Positions 39,323 through 53,689 of a stretch of 64,000 nt of DNA are shown in pieces. Position numbers and translations under genes: made by a program. The stretch's first letter is position 1; the number at the start of each line of letters is the position of its first letter. Under the pieces are notes generated by a model. It was not told where the DNA came from and ran no database searches. It worked only from the letters and a program-made list of their open reading frames with translations. The stretch is from Camelus dromedarius. Taxonomy: Eukaryota. The stretch spans positions 64,234,001 through 64,298,000 of the forward strand of contig NC_087436.1 in NCBI RefSeq assembly GCF_036321535.1. Direction: 5' to 3'.

Positions 39323-42300
39323 AAACCACATATTAGAGTATACATTTTCATTAAAGGTGAAAAATAAGACATATCATAAAAAAAAAGAAGAAATTCTTTT
39401 TAAAAGGACATTATTTTAGGTGATGAAATAATCTTATTCTTTCACAGAGAAAAATAATTATCTTTATTTTAACAGTTTTAAGGAAAAAAGTAAAGGATGT
39501 AATCTTTCTGTTTAAACTGTCATATTTATGCATAGCATTAAAAATTACTGTAATGGTATATCTTCATAAAAGCAAGACTATATTTCTTTGGGAATGCAAT
39601 TTTTTGAGATATTTCAGGGAATACCTTACTTTGAAAAATCACTAAAAAATAAATCAATGTCTAAAATGCAAGGATAAATAATCTTTGGGATGCTTTCAAC
39701 TGTATCTTGTTCAGTAATCACAGATATGCCAGAAAAAGCAAAACCAGAAAACATAAATAACTGTTGATTCTAAAAAAAGATGAAAGATTTGTAATTGTTG
39801 TAATTCACCCATAAAAAATTAACTCCTCCAAAATTAGCACAAATATAATTATTGCTTTAAAGAAATGTTTTTAACCTTAAGATGTTTTAGCATCTTCTAC
39901 AGTAGGTAGTTAACTGTTTTGGCTTTTTATCTGCTATCATTGCAAAATATATTAGAATATTTAAATAAAATGTTAGTTAAAAGGATTCAGATATCGTTGT
40001 GTATAATAATCCACCAGCTTGGTTGTTTCTGATGGATTTTCCATCACAGTCGATCTGTGGTTCCCTTTACTATATTTCTAGTTAGAGCCAAGTGTTGAAC
40101 AATGACACTATATATCTTTTTGTACAATTTGCCAGTTTTGGTTACTTTAAAACCTAGGTGCTCCTGAATTGTCCTTGTGAATCATCACTGTTCTGCAGAG
40201 AAAGGACTGAACAAAGAAATGATTTATGTACTGGAACGTCAATGCAATTTTTAAACTACATAACTCAAAGATATTTTTACCAAAGCCAGAGAAAAAGGAC
40301 TTTTTTATGAGGATCAACACAGTGGTATCTCTAAACAAATAGCCATTAAACTACTTTAGATTCTTAATTATTAAGAAAATTAAATTTTATGAGAAAAGCT
40401 TCTAACAGGCATTTATCTTAAATAATAATCTTTGTCAAAATAATTTTGGACAGCCACTTTGTGCTGCTCTTTTTCAAGTTTTCTTTCCTTATGCTTTTCA
40501 GTTGCATAGTCTCTGTGTAGAATGGATTGCTGTTTGGCCTAAATTAATTTAAATATAACTTGGTGATAATTATGTTACATATCCTATTACTTAATGGGAA
40601 ATTCTTTCAAAGTCACCTTATAGCTCCTTATAGAATAGTATCTTGCTCAAATCACTCAGATGATTTCATTGATGTATCCTTTTTTTTTTTTTAACACTTT
40701 TAAAAGTATAAATGCCCAGAGGGCACAGCATAAGGGCCTCCAGGTGCGATATGTGCCGCCCTGTGGTAGCTCTTCATACACGTTCACATTTCGTCATGAG
40801 GCTCTTCGTTTTCAACAACAAAAAATGACTTCGTTATTCTTCCCAGTAACCAAGAATCCTTTCTGTTTGCTTGTTTGTTTTACAGTTATCTTAGCTGTCA
40901 CTGTTTTTTATTGGTTTAATTGTCTTTCTACATCAAAAACATGTACTATTATTTGTATAGATATCTTTAGGAGTTACTGAGTGTAATTTTTTAAATAAGT
41001 GCTTGACATTATATGATTTGAAGTGCCACTTATTTTTACCATTATAAAATATACCAAATATACCGAAGGTATACTGAAAAATAACAATTGATAACTTTAA
41101 ATTACGTATTCATAAACATTCTCATGTTGTACTAGGTTAGTAAAATCACAAAAATTTTGAGCTGCAATATTTACTGGATAAAAATATGAATGGTATGATA
41201 AAAATGATCCATTATCATTGTAGTTATATGTACATTTATATAAATTATATATTGTATATGATTGAATAAATTAGTATATTAATAACTAAGTATAATAAGT
41301 GGTTATAAAATTCCTTAATTATAGGAATCCAAATAGGGCCTGACTTCTGTGTTCCTTCTCTAAATACATCCTTTATTATCCTGCATATAAATGTATTAGC
41401 CAAACCTGTTTAGCGATTCCTTTTCCATTCAGGTACTGTCATTAGAAAATTCTCTTTTTTCCTTTTTCTTTCTGTTTTCCTTATATTTCGTTTTCTCACA
41501 ACCTTTCACTTACTTATTCACGGCCCTAATTGATGCTTTTTAGTTTTTTTGTTTGTTTGTTTGTTTTTTAATGGTACTCCAGGTCAGTTTCTATGGTGAT
41601 AGGACTAACAGAAACAAGATGAATGGAGCAAAAAGATGGTTTTATTCTGATTTCACCTTACTTCAGGTTTGCCATTCTGCCTACCAGTTAAAACCCTAGA
41701 AGCTGAGATGTTTTTGATGTAAAAAGAGACATCTTTGTCCTACAGCAAGAATGCCAGTGTCTCTATGTTATACTTATTTTTATAGCTCCTGAAGAATAGA
41801 TGTTATGATGCTTATTATTTCTACTAAATTATATACATTTTACTATAAAGATTAAATTTACTTTAGTATTTTTTTCTTCCCCATGAAGAATATCCTTTGG
41901 GGTCTAAGCAGCTATCTTTAAAGTTAAGTTTTATAAAATGACCCATTTCATAATTTGGTAGCTATCTATAAATGCTAATTATCAGAGCATTACTGTAAAG
42001 ATGCATTGATACATTAATATTTTTAATCTGTATCTTTGGGTTATGCTAAACCTTACTGTGTTAGCTATTGATTTTAAAACTATAAAAAATGTATTTAAAT
42101 AAACTCCCAGTCAGACTAAAGTTACAGCAGAAATATTGCATCATAAGCTACAACCTTAGAAACTCTCCCTTGGCAGTAATGGTCCCTGACTCCCTTTGGG
42201 TATTTTAGGCATTGATACTTCATAATGGGCCATTAAAGAAGATGTTTAATTTGAGACCTATCCAGGTGTACCCGATTGAGATGAGATAATTTCAAAACAT

Positions 42301-43934
42301 GTGTATTTTCTCTCCTGCCTGGTTACTACCGATACACTAACTACAAGGAATGAAATATAGCAAAGTTATCTTGTGATACTTTATGAATCACAGAAATGTA
42401 TTGTCTTTCATAATCTCAAGAACAAGATATTTAAAGTATGTAGATGTCCTTTGCAGGAGATTCTGAAAGAATTATTTTGAGACCTTGTCTGGTATGCATT
42501 TTTTAAAAATTACAGTATTTTATGGTAATCTTGTTCTTATTAATACTTGTTTAAACTTCTTTTGAAAAAGAGACTTATTGAATTTTTTTTTAAATGTGGA
42601 TATCAAGGGTTTCAACTCAATTGTTTATATGAAAGAGATGAGTGGGACTGGCCAGTCATGATAACTAAACCATAGTGAAAGTCTGTAGAAGAACCTCACT
42701 CATAATGAGATTTAGCTTCCCCTGCATTCCTCTTGGTTTTGGATAGCCTTCAAAGAAAGTGCAAGTAGATGTGTGTTTTTCTTTTCCGCCTGAAGGAGTT
42801 GGAATAGAATGAATTTGACATTACTACCTCAATTTTTGTAGCTTTCCTATTCTAGGCTTTATTTTTAAGTCTGTTCTTAGTAACTGTCATAGTTTTCAGG
42901 GAACTAGTGTTAAGAAATGAGATTCTCCCCCTATCCCCAGTTCAGCCCCTAAACCCGTACTGTAGCTTAATATGATTCTGGCCATCTAATTTTTCGGGGA
43001 AAGTTCACTGTTCTCAGCTATGGAAATAACTTTTTCACCAGTCTCAATTGTAGTGCTATCTGCATTGATAATAATATATTTTAGAATTTTGTAGAAGACG
43101 TGATTATTTTGGCTTTATATCAAATTCTGGAACTTCACTTATAACACATACTTACACTAGATATAATATATTGTCATGGTTGTTAATCATGAAGTACTTA
43201 GTTAATTTCTATTATAAAATTGTCAAAAAGGAAGTAACACAATGTACTACTAGTCTACCACAGTCATACTACCTCTGTAGATAATAAAAATTGAACAAAT
43301 ATTAGAAATACTTGAGGTTAGCTTGGTTGATTATTAATTTGATTTTAAATTTAAAATAAGTATGATAAAGTCACAAATAATCCTGCTTTGAAGACATATT
43401 TGCTTCTTCTTGGTAACATTCCGAGTAGTCTGGGTTTCCTTTTTGGAAAAATTAGTAACAGAATTAAAGAGTTATGCTGTTTGAAATTAAATTGGTAGAT
43501 ATTGAAATCTTTTCAGAACTTTATTTGGCAGATAGCTTTTATTTTCTATGTTTTCCTGATTGTTTTCAACTTTTTATATAATTTAAGACGCACTTTCTTG
43601 GCTCCTAAGAACCTCCAAGATCATCATTCCTGGGTTACTTTGCCTGATGAAGTCTGGTGGTCCTACCCTTCACTCACTAAAAACAAGCATGAATAAAAAT
43701 GGGTCATTTGTATCTATTCAGATATACCAAAAGATGTATGATGCCAGCTAGTAATTATGCAGAAGTGAAGATAATGAAGACCTTCTGTTAATACCATGAT
43801 TCTCTCAATCTGAAGTCCCTTTGACCATTTCAATATATATATAGAGAGAGCCATATTCTAGAACTTCATCTCACTTCATTCAACCCATATCACCTTCATA
43901 CTAGCGAAAGGTTCCTTACGTGTATATGAAGTAT

Positions 43935-44292
43935 TGTCTTGTCACAGGGTGTGATAAGAAAAGTACCACAGGCTGGATATCTAAATAAACAACACACATT
44001 TACCTCTCACAGTTCCAGAGACTGGAAGTCCAAGATCAGGGACCAGCCTGGCTGAGTTCTAAAGAGAGCCCACTTCCTGGGTTACAGACAGCTGTCCTCT
44101 TGCTGTAACCTCACATGGAGGAAGCGACTGTAGAAAGCTGTCTGGGGTTTCTTTCCTAAGGCGCTGATCTCAGGAGGATTCGGTTCTCATGGGCGTATCA
44201 CCTCTCAAAGGCTTCACCCACAAATGCCATCACATTGGGATCTGTATTCAACATATGAATTCTGAGGGGAACCAAGCATTCAGTTTATAGTA
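43935..44292. mobile_element. ERVL-MaLR solo LTR (MLT1A-like)
   Basis: agtaccacaggctgg..tctcacagttccagagactggaagtccaagatcagg..cctcacatgg..ccatcacattggg..ttcaacatatgaatt..cattcagtttatag. Confidence 0.85.
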
Positions 44293-44334
44293 GGTATGCC
44301 ATAGGATCAGTAGTCAATAGAAGCAATGAGAGAC

Positions 44335-44600
44335 AGTAGGAACTAATGCATGAAAGCACAAAACATGGGTCTAGAGGGTTTAGGTGCAAATGTGAGCTCT
44401 TTTATTTTTAGCTATGTAACCTCAGTAAGGTCTTCAACCTCTTGGTCTCTCAGCTTCCTCATTTGCCACTTAGGAATAATAATAAATCTTTCCTTTGGAG
44501 TTGTTATAGGATTGACAATAATATTTATATTTAAAATCAATTAAGTGATTTAATATGTGGAAAGCTCTTACAACAATGCCTGATAGTAAGGGCTATTGTT
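44335..44600 (+). mobile_element. MIR
   Basis: tagctatgtaacctcagtaaggtcttcaacctcttggtctctcagcttcctcatttg..ggaataataata. Confidence 0.75.
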
Positions 44601-45381
44601 ATAAAGAGGACTATTATTTTGCCTGGTGCTCTAGATTTTGGAATAGATTCCCATGTTCCTGTTAGAAGTGGAATTATTTACTTTGAAGTAGAAACCTGTG
44701 ATATTCTGCATGTTTTTACTGTAGCTTGTGTGCCTTTCCTAATTTCTACTTCCCTTGGAAAGAGAAATCTGTAATGATTATGATCATGAATGAAATATTG
44801 TAAAGCAATTGTTGATTTTTTTGAATAACCTTTTAAATAAGGGCTGTATTCATTCAGATTTATTTTTTGCAGTGAATATTGACGGTAAAAATTAGAAATT
44901 TTATGATTATTTTCATTTGTGAAGAGCAGAGAATCAATTTTAAAAATCATATACATGGAAAGAAATACGAGATCCAGTTTTCAGTTGTAATTCTCTCATT
45001 TCAAGCAATTGAGTTATTTTCCAAGCTAGTTGCATTAAAGTAATTATTTATACTTAGTTAAATTTCAAACTCTTTGATTATATTTCCTATTGAACATATC
45101 AGTGGGGAAAATTTTATCCTATTCAAAGCTTGTTGGAAGCACACTCCAATCAGATGCTTTGGGGGATCTCAAGGAAAAGGTTAACTCAAGGACACCTTGC
45201 AAGAAAATGATCCTCTGTAAAATATCAATCATGGTTAAATGATAGGCTGCCTTTAAGCCAAAAATAGCATTGTTCATTAAATCCAACTTTGTTCCTAAAC
45301 TTTAATGGATACTTGTTAGATCGTAACACTATCTGAAAGACAGTTAAATGGTTCTTTTACTCTTGAGAACTTAGTAAATTT

Positions 45382-46028
45382 TTTTAACATTTTTTATTGA
45401 TTTATAATCATTTACAATGTTGTGTCAAATTCCAGTGTAGAGCACAATTTTTCAGTTACACATGAACATATATATATATATATTCATTGTCACATTTTTT
45501 CTCTGTGAGCTACCATAAGATCTTGTATATATTTCCCTGTGCTATACAGTATAATCTTGTTTATCTATTCTACAATTTTGAAATCCCAGTCTATCTCTTC
45601 CCACCCCCTGCCCCCTTGGCAACCACAAGTTTGTATTCTATGTCTGTGAGTCTATTTCTGTTTTGCATTTGTGCTTTGTTTTTTTTTGTTTGTTTGTTTT
45701 TTTGTTTTTTTTACATTCCACATGTGAGCCATCTCATATGGTATTTTTCTTTCTCTTTCTGGCTTACTTCACTTAGAATGACATTCTCCAGGAGCATCCA
45801 TGTTGCTGCAAACGGCATTACGTTGTCGGTTTTTATGGCTGAGTAGTATTCCATTGTATAAATATACCACATCTTCTTTATCCAGTCATCTGTTGATGGA
45901 CATTTAGGCTGTTTCCATGTTTTGGCTATTGTAAATAATGCTGCTATGAACACTGGGGTGCAGATGTCATCCTGAAGTAGGGTTCCTTCTGGATATATGC
46001 CCAGGAATGGGATTCCTGGGTCATACGG
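45382..46028 (-). mobile_element. Young 5'-truncated L1 (camelid-type 3' end), antisense to ADGRL3
   Basis: Uninterrupted ORF2p C-terminus 45711-45953 ([41 protein letters not shown]). T-rich tail at left end. Perfect 18-bp TSD tgagaacttagtaaattt at 45364-45381 and 46029-46046. Confidence 0.95.
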
Positions 46029-46859
46029 TGAGAACTTAGTAAATTTACCTTCCTAGATTGCTTGTTTTCTAACATAGCACCAAATTATGTTTTAAATATA
46101 ATTGTAAGGAAATATGTATTTTACTTAAGCAATAAAAAGTGTTGTTTGTTAGTGTTCAGACAGCGTATAGACATTGAGTGTTTCATTGCTTGAAAAGTGT
46201 GGTTAGTAACCTTCAGAATTTTTTCATTGAATACAAATAGGTGTTTCCTTGCTCTGATCTCTCTGAAACTTAACTTGTGGAGGAGACAGTAGGGAAAGAA
46301 TGAAGGAAGAATGAAGACTTGAGTGAAAATTCTAGTGGAAATGTAGTTTTATTCCTGAACTAATCTCCATAATTCCAATCTGATTTAATTTTTCTTGTAT
46401 CTTCTGTACCCATTTTCTGTTTTTTCCTTCTATTTTTCTCCTGATTTTTTCCCTTTCCACCCTGACAAAACATATAATTTAATAATTCTATAACTTGAAA
46501 AACTGCTGTCCTGACTTTTGTCAAATAATATATATTTTAAATCACAATTCTGCACTTGTAGGTCATTGTGAATTTCCAACATACTAACTAACTCTGGCTA
46601 ATATTATTACTGATTCCATGAGCCTTTTTTTTTTTCCCCTCTCCATTTTTTCCTATATACCAAGACCAATTTAATCATTTAAAAGCATGATGTTTACAAT
46701 GTACCTTCTGATTTTATCCCCTTTCCCATCCAACTACTCAAAAATTCCTATCAAATGTTCTTCTGTCCTACTCACCATTAAATGTAGTCTCATTTACCAT
46801 TTATAACCCTACTTTTGAATATAAAACCCTTCATTAAATGAGAAAAAGGATTTTTCTCA

Positions 46860-47112
46860 CTTATTGAATGCCTACTCTTGCCAGGAATCTTTATATGTAA
46901 TATATATATGTATATGTGCGTATGTATATATATAAAACTTTTATTTAAGCCTTCTAACCATCTGGTGGAATAAGTATTAATTTTAGATGTGAACATTAGA
47001 GTATAGAAAATTTAAGTAATCTGCCTGTGGTCATACAGCTCACAGCTTGAAGAGAGAGGACTTAAATGCCTTTCTCACGCCAAAGCTCATATCTTGTCCT
47101 CTTTTCATGCTG
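46860..47112 (-). mobile_element. MIR
   Basis: ttattgaatgcctactcttgccagg..attttagatgtgaaca..ttaagtaatctgcctgtggtcatacagct. Confidence 0.7.
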
Positions 47113-49662
47113 CTTCTGATGGTGCTGACTTATGCAATGTTTAATACTTGATGACAGGAGCTTAGATTTTTTTTTAAATATGTGCAGAAAATTAAGGACT
47201 AAGAAAAGTATGACCACATCCACTTCTAGGTCAAGGCAAACACATACTTAGTGTATATGAAATTTCTTCCAGATTGTATTTGTCCTGAATGTGTTATAAA
47301 GGACACATCTGTACAGATAAGTCATATAGATACAGTGTGTTATTTGGTAGTAATACACTGCCAAATGCATACAATACCATTGTGTTTAAAAGTGTACTGT
47401 TCTGGAATCAGTATTTGATCTCAAATAGGATAATAGTTGCTTAGCAATGTTATGCAACTTTGGAATCCTGACAAAGTATCATATTAAGAAAATGCAAAGG
47501 CTGCTTTATTTTTGTGTGGTATTGTGTTAGGTACTATCTAAATACTAGTTTACTAATTTAATGATTCACTTAATACCTCTGTTTCGCTTAATATCTCCAG
47601 TAACTCAGGCTCTTTATTTCAAACCAAAGGTCATTTACAGAAATTAAATTCAGAGCAAAATGTTCAAGTGTCTAGGAGCAATACAGAGGATTATAGACAT
47701 TTTTAGGATGTACTCACTATAAATATTTACCCTCAATCTTAAAAGACAATGCTTGCGGTGGTTTTTATTTACTTACGTAATTTGTGCTTTTAGAAAATAA
47801 TAAGTATTGTTTAAATTTTGAAAACATCATGGTTGGAAACTAACCAAATTGAATCCAAATTTTTTTGTACAGATTTCAAAACCTGTCCCATTCTGCCCCA
47901 ATTCATCATCTGTGTGGTCTTCTCTTACTTCTGATTTACTCGGTAAACTTGACAAAACAGATGACTTGCAGTTCGGTAATTTATGCTTTGTCTTTTACCT
48001 GCTCTTTACCTTTCTTTGTAACAACCCTTAACCCAGAATAATATTCTTCCAATCATTGTTCAGTGAAATTTTGCCTGTTCTTTATACTCCAGCACAAGTA
48101 TCATTCTCTTCTTATAGGTCTTCCAGATCTTCCAAGCTGGGTTATCTCCTTTATTTTTTTACCTCTCTTTTTAAAAAATCAAATTTTTCGATTTACATTT
48201 TATTATTTTATGTTTTTGCATCATCTCTTTCCTCCTTTTTTCTGTCTCATTGTTGTCTTTTTGCTACTCCTTTTCCTCCTCTTCCTTCTTTAGTGCAAGA
48301 ACTGTGTCATACATATCTCACATACCTCCCGTGATCACAGATTGTATTGTTTGTATCCAACAATGATCTCTTGGAACACATTGATGAATAAACACATATG
48401 TGGGTTGATTGAATTTAATATTTCTTGAAAATATTAAATGAGGTGACTGAGAATTTGTCCTCTATGAATCTCCAAGGGGATCTAGCACTATTTAAGAAAG
48501 TATTTACTGCTAAGAAGCATTCAGCACCTTACTGCTACCAAATAGGCTCCATAATTAAGTACTTTTCAATAGTTATTTAATATAAGGTTCTTTGACTCCA
48601 TAAACATTGAAAGAAAGGAAAGATCCTTGAAACTTATTGTAGTGCTTTGGTTTTCAGAGCCAAAATGTTGAGAAAGTGTTTAATTGTTTTTAAAGTATGA
48701 ACAATAGTAGGACCCAAAATAAAGTGCTTTACAATCCGTAGTACACTCACATGCACTCTCAGTTGAGAAGTAACGTTTTTAGCAAACAACAAGAAAACTT
48801 TTTTTAAAAGTATATTTTAGGTTTTAGACATTGTAAATTACATTTAACATTTAAAAAACAGTATCTAGTTTACTCAGTTTAGACTCCTTTAAAACTTGTT
48901 TGCTTTTACCTAGTGATCATTACACCAAAGATTTTAACATTTTATAGCATGATGATGCCAGGAAGTTGTGTTATAGTCATCTAATTTTTCATCTTGCTGC
49001 CCTACTTCTTTTCCCTAAGAATTAATATCACAGAACATCATTCACATCAGAAGGAGTCTTCCATGTTGAACCATTTCGGGAAGACATTTCTTTGGAGAAT
49101 AGATGGCATCCATCATTTGATAGGGCATGGACTATGGAGCATTGATGTATATGTGCTTATGATTATGCAATATTAGTAAATCATGGAAATATTGCCATCT
49201 TAAATTTGAATACTGATCATTAAATCTCATCTAAGCATCTATGCATAGTTAAATACTCTAGATGAAATTTTTTTCAGCCTTATTAAATGAATATTTCTTA
49301 GAAATATTTGACACTTTTGGTTAATATGGATGACTCTTATTTATGGATGTAGTGAGCTTTGTGCACATAAATCATGTTTAACTAGATGTTCTGTTATGAT
49401 AACAGATATTTGCTTTACTCGTTAAGTTAGTGACAAATGTTGAAATAACTGTTAAACTTTTTTGAAATTTACATCACTTTTCATGAGTTACCACATACCA
49501 GTTTTATATAGATAAAAAGTTAATATTTGGTTTGTTAATGAATGTAGTTTGAAATCATTTAAATTTCAAAATCCATCAAATAACCTGGTAGAATAGAGGT
49601 AACATTCAAGCAATATTTATAAATACTTCTAAAGTTGGAGGTTTTGTTTGTTGCTTTCTTGT

Positions 49663-49664
<2 letters not shown>

Positions 49665-49695
<31 letters not shown>
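49665..49695. repeat. T31 homopolymer
   Basis: Directly visible. Confidence 0.95.
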
Positions 49696-49696
<1 letters not shown>

Positions 49697-51169
49697 AGGA
49701 AATGACTACAGTTTCCCTATTTTGAATGAGGGAAAAAATGCCAAATGGGAAAATGTGAAATTATAGTTAACAATGGGGTTATAAGACTATATACCAATTA
49801 ATTATTTAAATAGTTCCACAAGGCATTTTATACATTTGACATGTGCCAAACATGTTTAAAAAAGCCCATTGAACTCTAAAAAGACTAATATGGCAAAAAT
49901 ATGTAAATATGCAAATTAAAATGTGGGTTAATAAAATTTTGTATGGTTGATAAAGAAGAAAATTTGGAGTTAGCAAAATTGCTAATAAGCGAACATTTAA
50001 TAGGTGGCAAGATGTAAAAATATTATTGAAAAGTTATTATAGTATCTTGTCTAGGTTATTATGAGGGGGAAGGTATAATGATAACATGCAATTTACTTTG
50101 GGAAAAGATTGAGAGTAAGTTATCTAATAGACATGTGATTAAGAGCAGCTAAAATAGAAGTAACAATTCCAGGACGACTTGTAACTCAGATTCTAATACT
50201 AATCTTTAGAGTGTAGAAAGAAACCAAATATAAAAATGGAAGCTTTCAAATATGATTTGAGAAAGGTATATGAAAAAATTAAATGGGAAAAATGAATTAG
50301 ACACCAGAATTTAAGGGAAGAGTTTCCACAAAGTAAAAAAATCAATGTTTTAAATTTAGAAGAAATTTTGTTTCAGCAATAAAAAAATTTAAATATGTTC
50401 TCAGAATTATTGTGCTAAATATGAATGGAATTTAGTCTAAATGTAACGTAAAGAATATTCCATGTGGTTTATGATCAAAGACTTTATTTACATAAAACAT
50501 TTATAGATTATCTTTCCATGTTGTGATTTTTTTAACATTTAATGGAACTTGAGTCAAATTACACAGTTTCATAATTATAATCTTAAATATTAATAATATA
50601 AATTAGGATGCTTTAATCAACCTCACTTTTAAATTTTGAATATTGTGAAAAGTAGTGAAGTTAAGTTAGATAGTTTTGTTGGAGGACATATAAACTCCAA
50701 GTACCAAATCAAGGTCTACACTAGAAATACACTCCTTTCAAGTTTTAGACGGGGTAACATGCAAAAATGTTTCCCATATTGTGATAATCTTTGATAAAAT
50801 TTAGAAACACCATCCTTCAATAATAATTTCTATATCATTTAATATGCTGATTTATTAATGGAAACTAGTAGCTTAAATAATAAAACATATTTTAAAGAAG
50901 AGAAGCATACAGGAAAATCCTTTTTTATAGAACATCACATTATTCTAGTATCCATCTTTCAGCCATTAGAATTCTCAAGGATAGTATGCATAGAATTCTC
51001 TAGGAGAGTGTTCATTTCTCTCAAGGAGAGTATGTTATTAGTTTCCTGAACTTGTAAGTGAGACGGATGGGAGTCAGGCAAATGGTCTATTTGTCATTAT
51101 TGAGAGAATTAAGGAAACAAAGGAATTGGTGAATGAGAGACATGCATTAACAGGCATGTCCAATCGCAT

Positions 51170-51330
51170 GACATCTCTGCATCAGACAATAATTTACGTT
51201 ATCACTAATCCTCACAATCTACCTACAAGGGGAATATTATTCTCTCTTTTATAGTTGAAGAAACTGAGATTCAGAGAAGTTTGCAAACTTGACCAGCACC
51301 AGAATATTCAGTCTGCATGCTTTTAAATCT
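51170..51330 (-). mobile_element. MIR
   Basis: taatcctcacaatctaccta..tattattctctcttttatagttgaagaaactgagattcagagaagtt. Confidence 0.7.
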
Positions 51331-52624
51331 CTTGCTGTTACACACAAAAGAAAGTCTGGCAGTTTTTTACTGTGTGTTTCTAGAACATCTCATGGAACAC
51401 ATAACACATTTTGCACAGCACTATAATTATTGGTGACTATACCTTCTAGCGTCCATGTTTTACTGCACATTGTTTTAAAATGGTGATCCTATTTTAGACG
51501 TACAGCCACGCTTCCTCACTTGACCATAGTGTTAGTGCAGGGCTCGTACGTGGAGAAGGCTAAAGAAATTTTATTGGAAATGGAAACATGTTGAAATTGA
51601 CTTGTTAAATGCTTTGTATCATTGGTATATCTTTTTATGAGTAATTATCTTGTCATATGTGACTTAATGAGTCCCTAATGTCTTTTCTTGTTTTTTTTTT
51701 CTTTATGTTTTGAAGAGCTATGTTTCAGAAATGAGTGAAAACTCCCTTTTGTATGAGAACCGATTGGTTTGGTGAAGTTAATGACAATACATAAATTGGA
51801 GAAAAATCATCCCAGAAACTTTTCTTTCTTTTTTTATGTTAACATTTAGAGAGTGGTGGTTTATCTTTCTGTAGGTTATGAACAATTTCATCTTACAAAT
51901 TATTTATTAAAATGTATGTATTTTAATTATTGCAATTTTATTAAATATACCCCCGAGTTAGCACATTATTTTGGGGCTGTATAGGGTGAGAATTCGGGAT
52001 AGGGATGAGGCTAGAATGTGAGGACATGTTACCCTCCTCATATAATAGCTTCTGTTCATCTGAATTCCTTTCCCCACCTCTGTTTCCAGTCATCATGAGA
52101 ACAAACTTTTATGCCCAAATCAAATACAGAATAATCTTAGTACTGTGGTTTTATGCCCTGCTGTGCTATCTTAAAATAAGCCATTGTTATAAATAATAGA
52201 TAAGCATTTTCTTATTCTTTCTTTAAAGTAACTTTCTCCCATTGCTTCATCAAGGTGAAAATATACTATATCATATGAGATAAACCGTTCTGGTTTTCTC
52301 TAAAGCCAGACTGAAGTTAACAATAGCAATACTCCTGTTTCACAGTGGAGATAATCTTTTGGCTCCTCCAAAGGTACAATGCTATAATTAGGCTGTTTTC
52401 CTTTTTGAACATGTATTTCTTTCGTTTCTCTTTGTCCCTTCACTCCTACCTCATATATCTGTGCTGTCCTCCTATTCTTCACTCTTCACGATCAAGTAAC
52501 ATATTTAAGCAAGGCCTAAGTCTTCCTTGGAAACTTGCTACCTTGTCCCCTTCCTTTGCACAATTAATACCCCTAGTTACTCTTTTACATTTTCTTGTTT
52601 GCTTCTACCATAGAGAAAGGAAAG

Positions 52625-52815
52625 AGCACTGATGTTGGAGTCAGACATTTGGTTTGAAATTCTTGCTGAGTATCATGTCTGATTTTCTTCTTTAGTAAAC
52701 AGGAGACAATATTATCTGCCTTATAGATGTGTATGGAGAATTAAATCACATAATCGTATAATATCATCTAGAACATTGCTTGGCATATGATACGAAGTGA
52801 AAAAATGTTAATTCT
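52625..52815 (+). mobile_element. MIR
   Basis: gagcactgatgttggagtcagacatttggtttgaaattc..agaacattgcttggcatatga. Confidence 0.65.
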
Positions 52816-53689
52816 TCTCTTTATATGGAGACTTCATTTACTGTGTTCTGTTTCTCCCATTACAGTGGGAGTTGTGAAAAAAAATTGTTCTAGTAATTTG
52901 CATTCTCAATAATACCCACCATGGTAGTTATTTAGTATATATTTTTGAAATGATGAATAAATAACTCACCTAGATGCCTGCCCTCAATTTTTTTTCAGTT
53001 GCAAAATAGTTCTGTATATATTTATCTGACATACATATGTGTCTGTGTTTGTGCATATGTTAGTGTGTATACACATTTCTTTTGATGCTGTAGTTACAGA
53101 GGAAAAAAAGGACAGTAACTGAGTGTTGAGGGATGGGGCAGTTCTTTACTTGTTGATGCATCAGTCATTTTAAGTATCTATCTTTAAGTATCTATTAATT
53201 GTTACATGCATGTTAAAGAATGCACTTTTAAATTAGCATCTGCTTTCAAATTTATTTTCAGAAAGAGTTTTACATATATAGCATTTGTGGCAATTAAGAA
53301 TATGTTCTAAATGTTTTCTAGTAAGTCAGTGTGAATAAAGAAAATGAAAGGAAAATGCTGCTTATGAATCATTTTCACAGAATTTGTTTTATCTCAATCA
53401 GTTTTTTCTTGTCAATTCTTTCTCTATTTGTTAAGTGTTATGAAAGTGTCCATTATGAGCTTTTTTTTTTATAATATCTGTGAGATTAGGAAGAAAATTA
53501 TTTGATTTGTTGTTTCCAAATTTAGTATTCTCTGAGCCGGTCTATACAATAGTGACTGAGTAAGTATTTTGGGATTGAATTATCTAGCTTCTTACACATC
53601 CATGTTAAAGAATATGAGTAGGATAAAAGTAAAAACTGATGAGATACATAATAATTGTTAAGACATATAGCACTTATCACATAGTAGAC

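Noticed and set aside
45487..45846. 119-aa hydrophobic + strand ORF
   Set aside because: Antisense reading of the L1 3' end.
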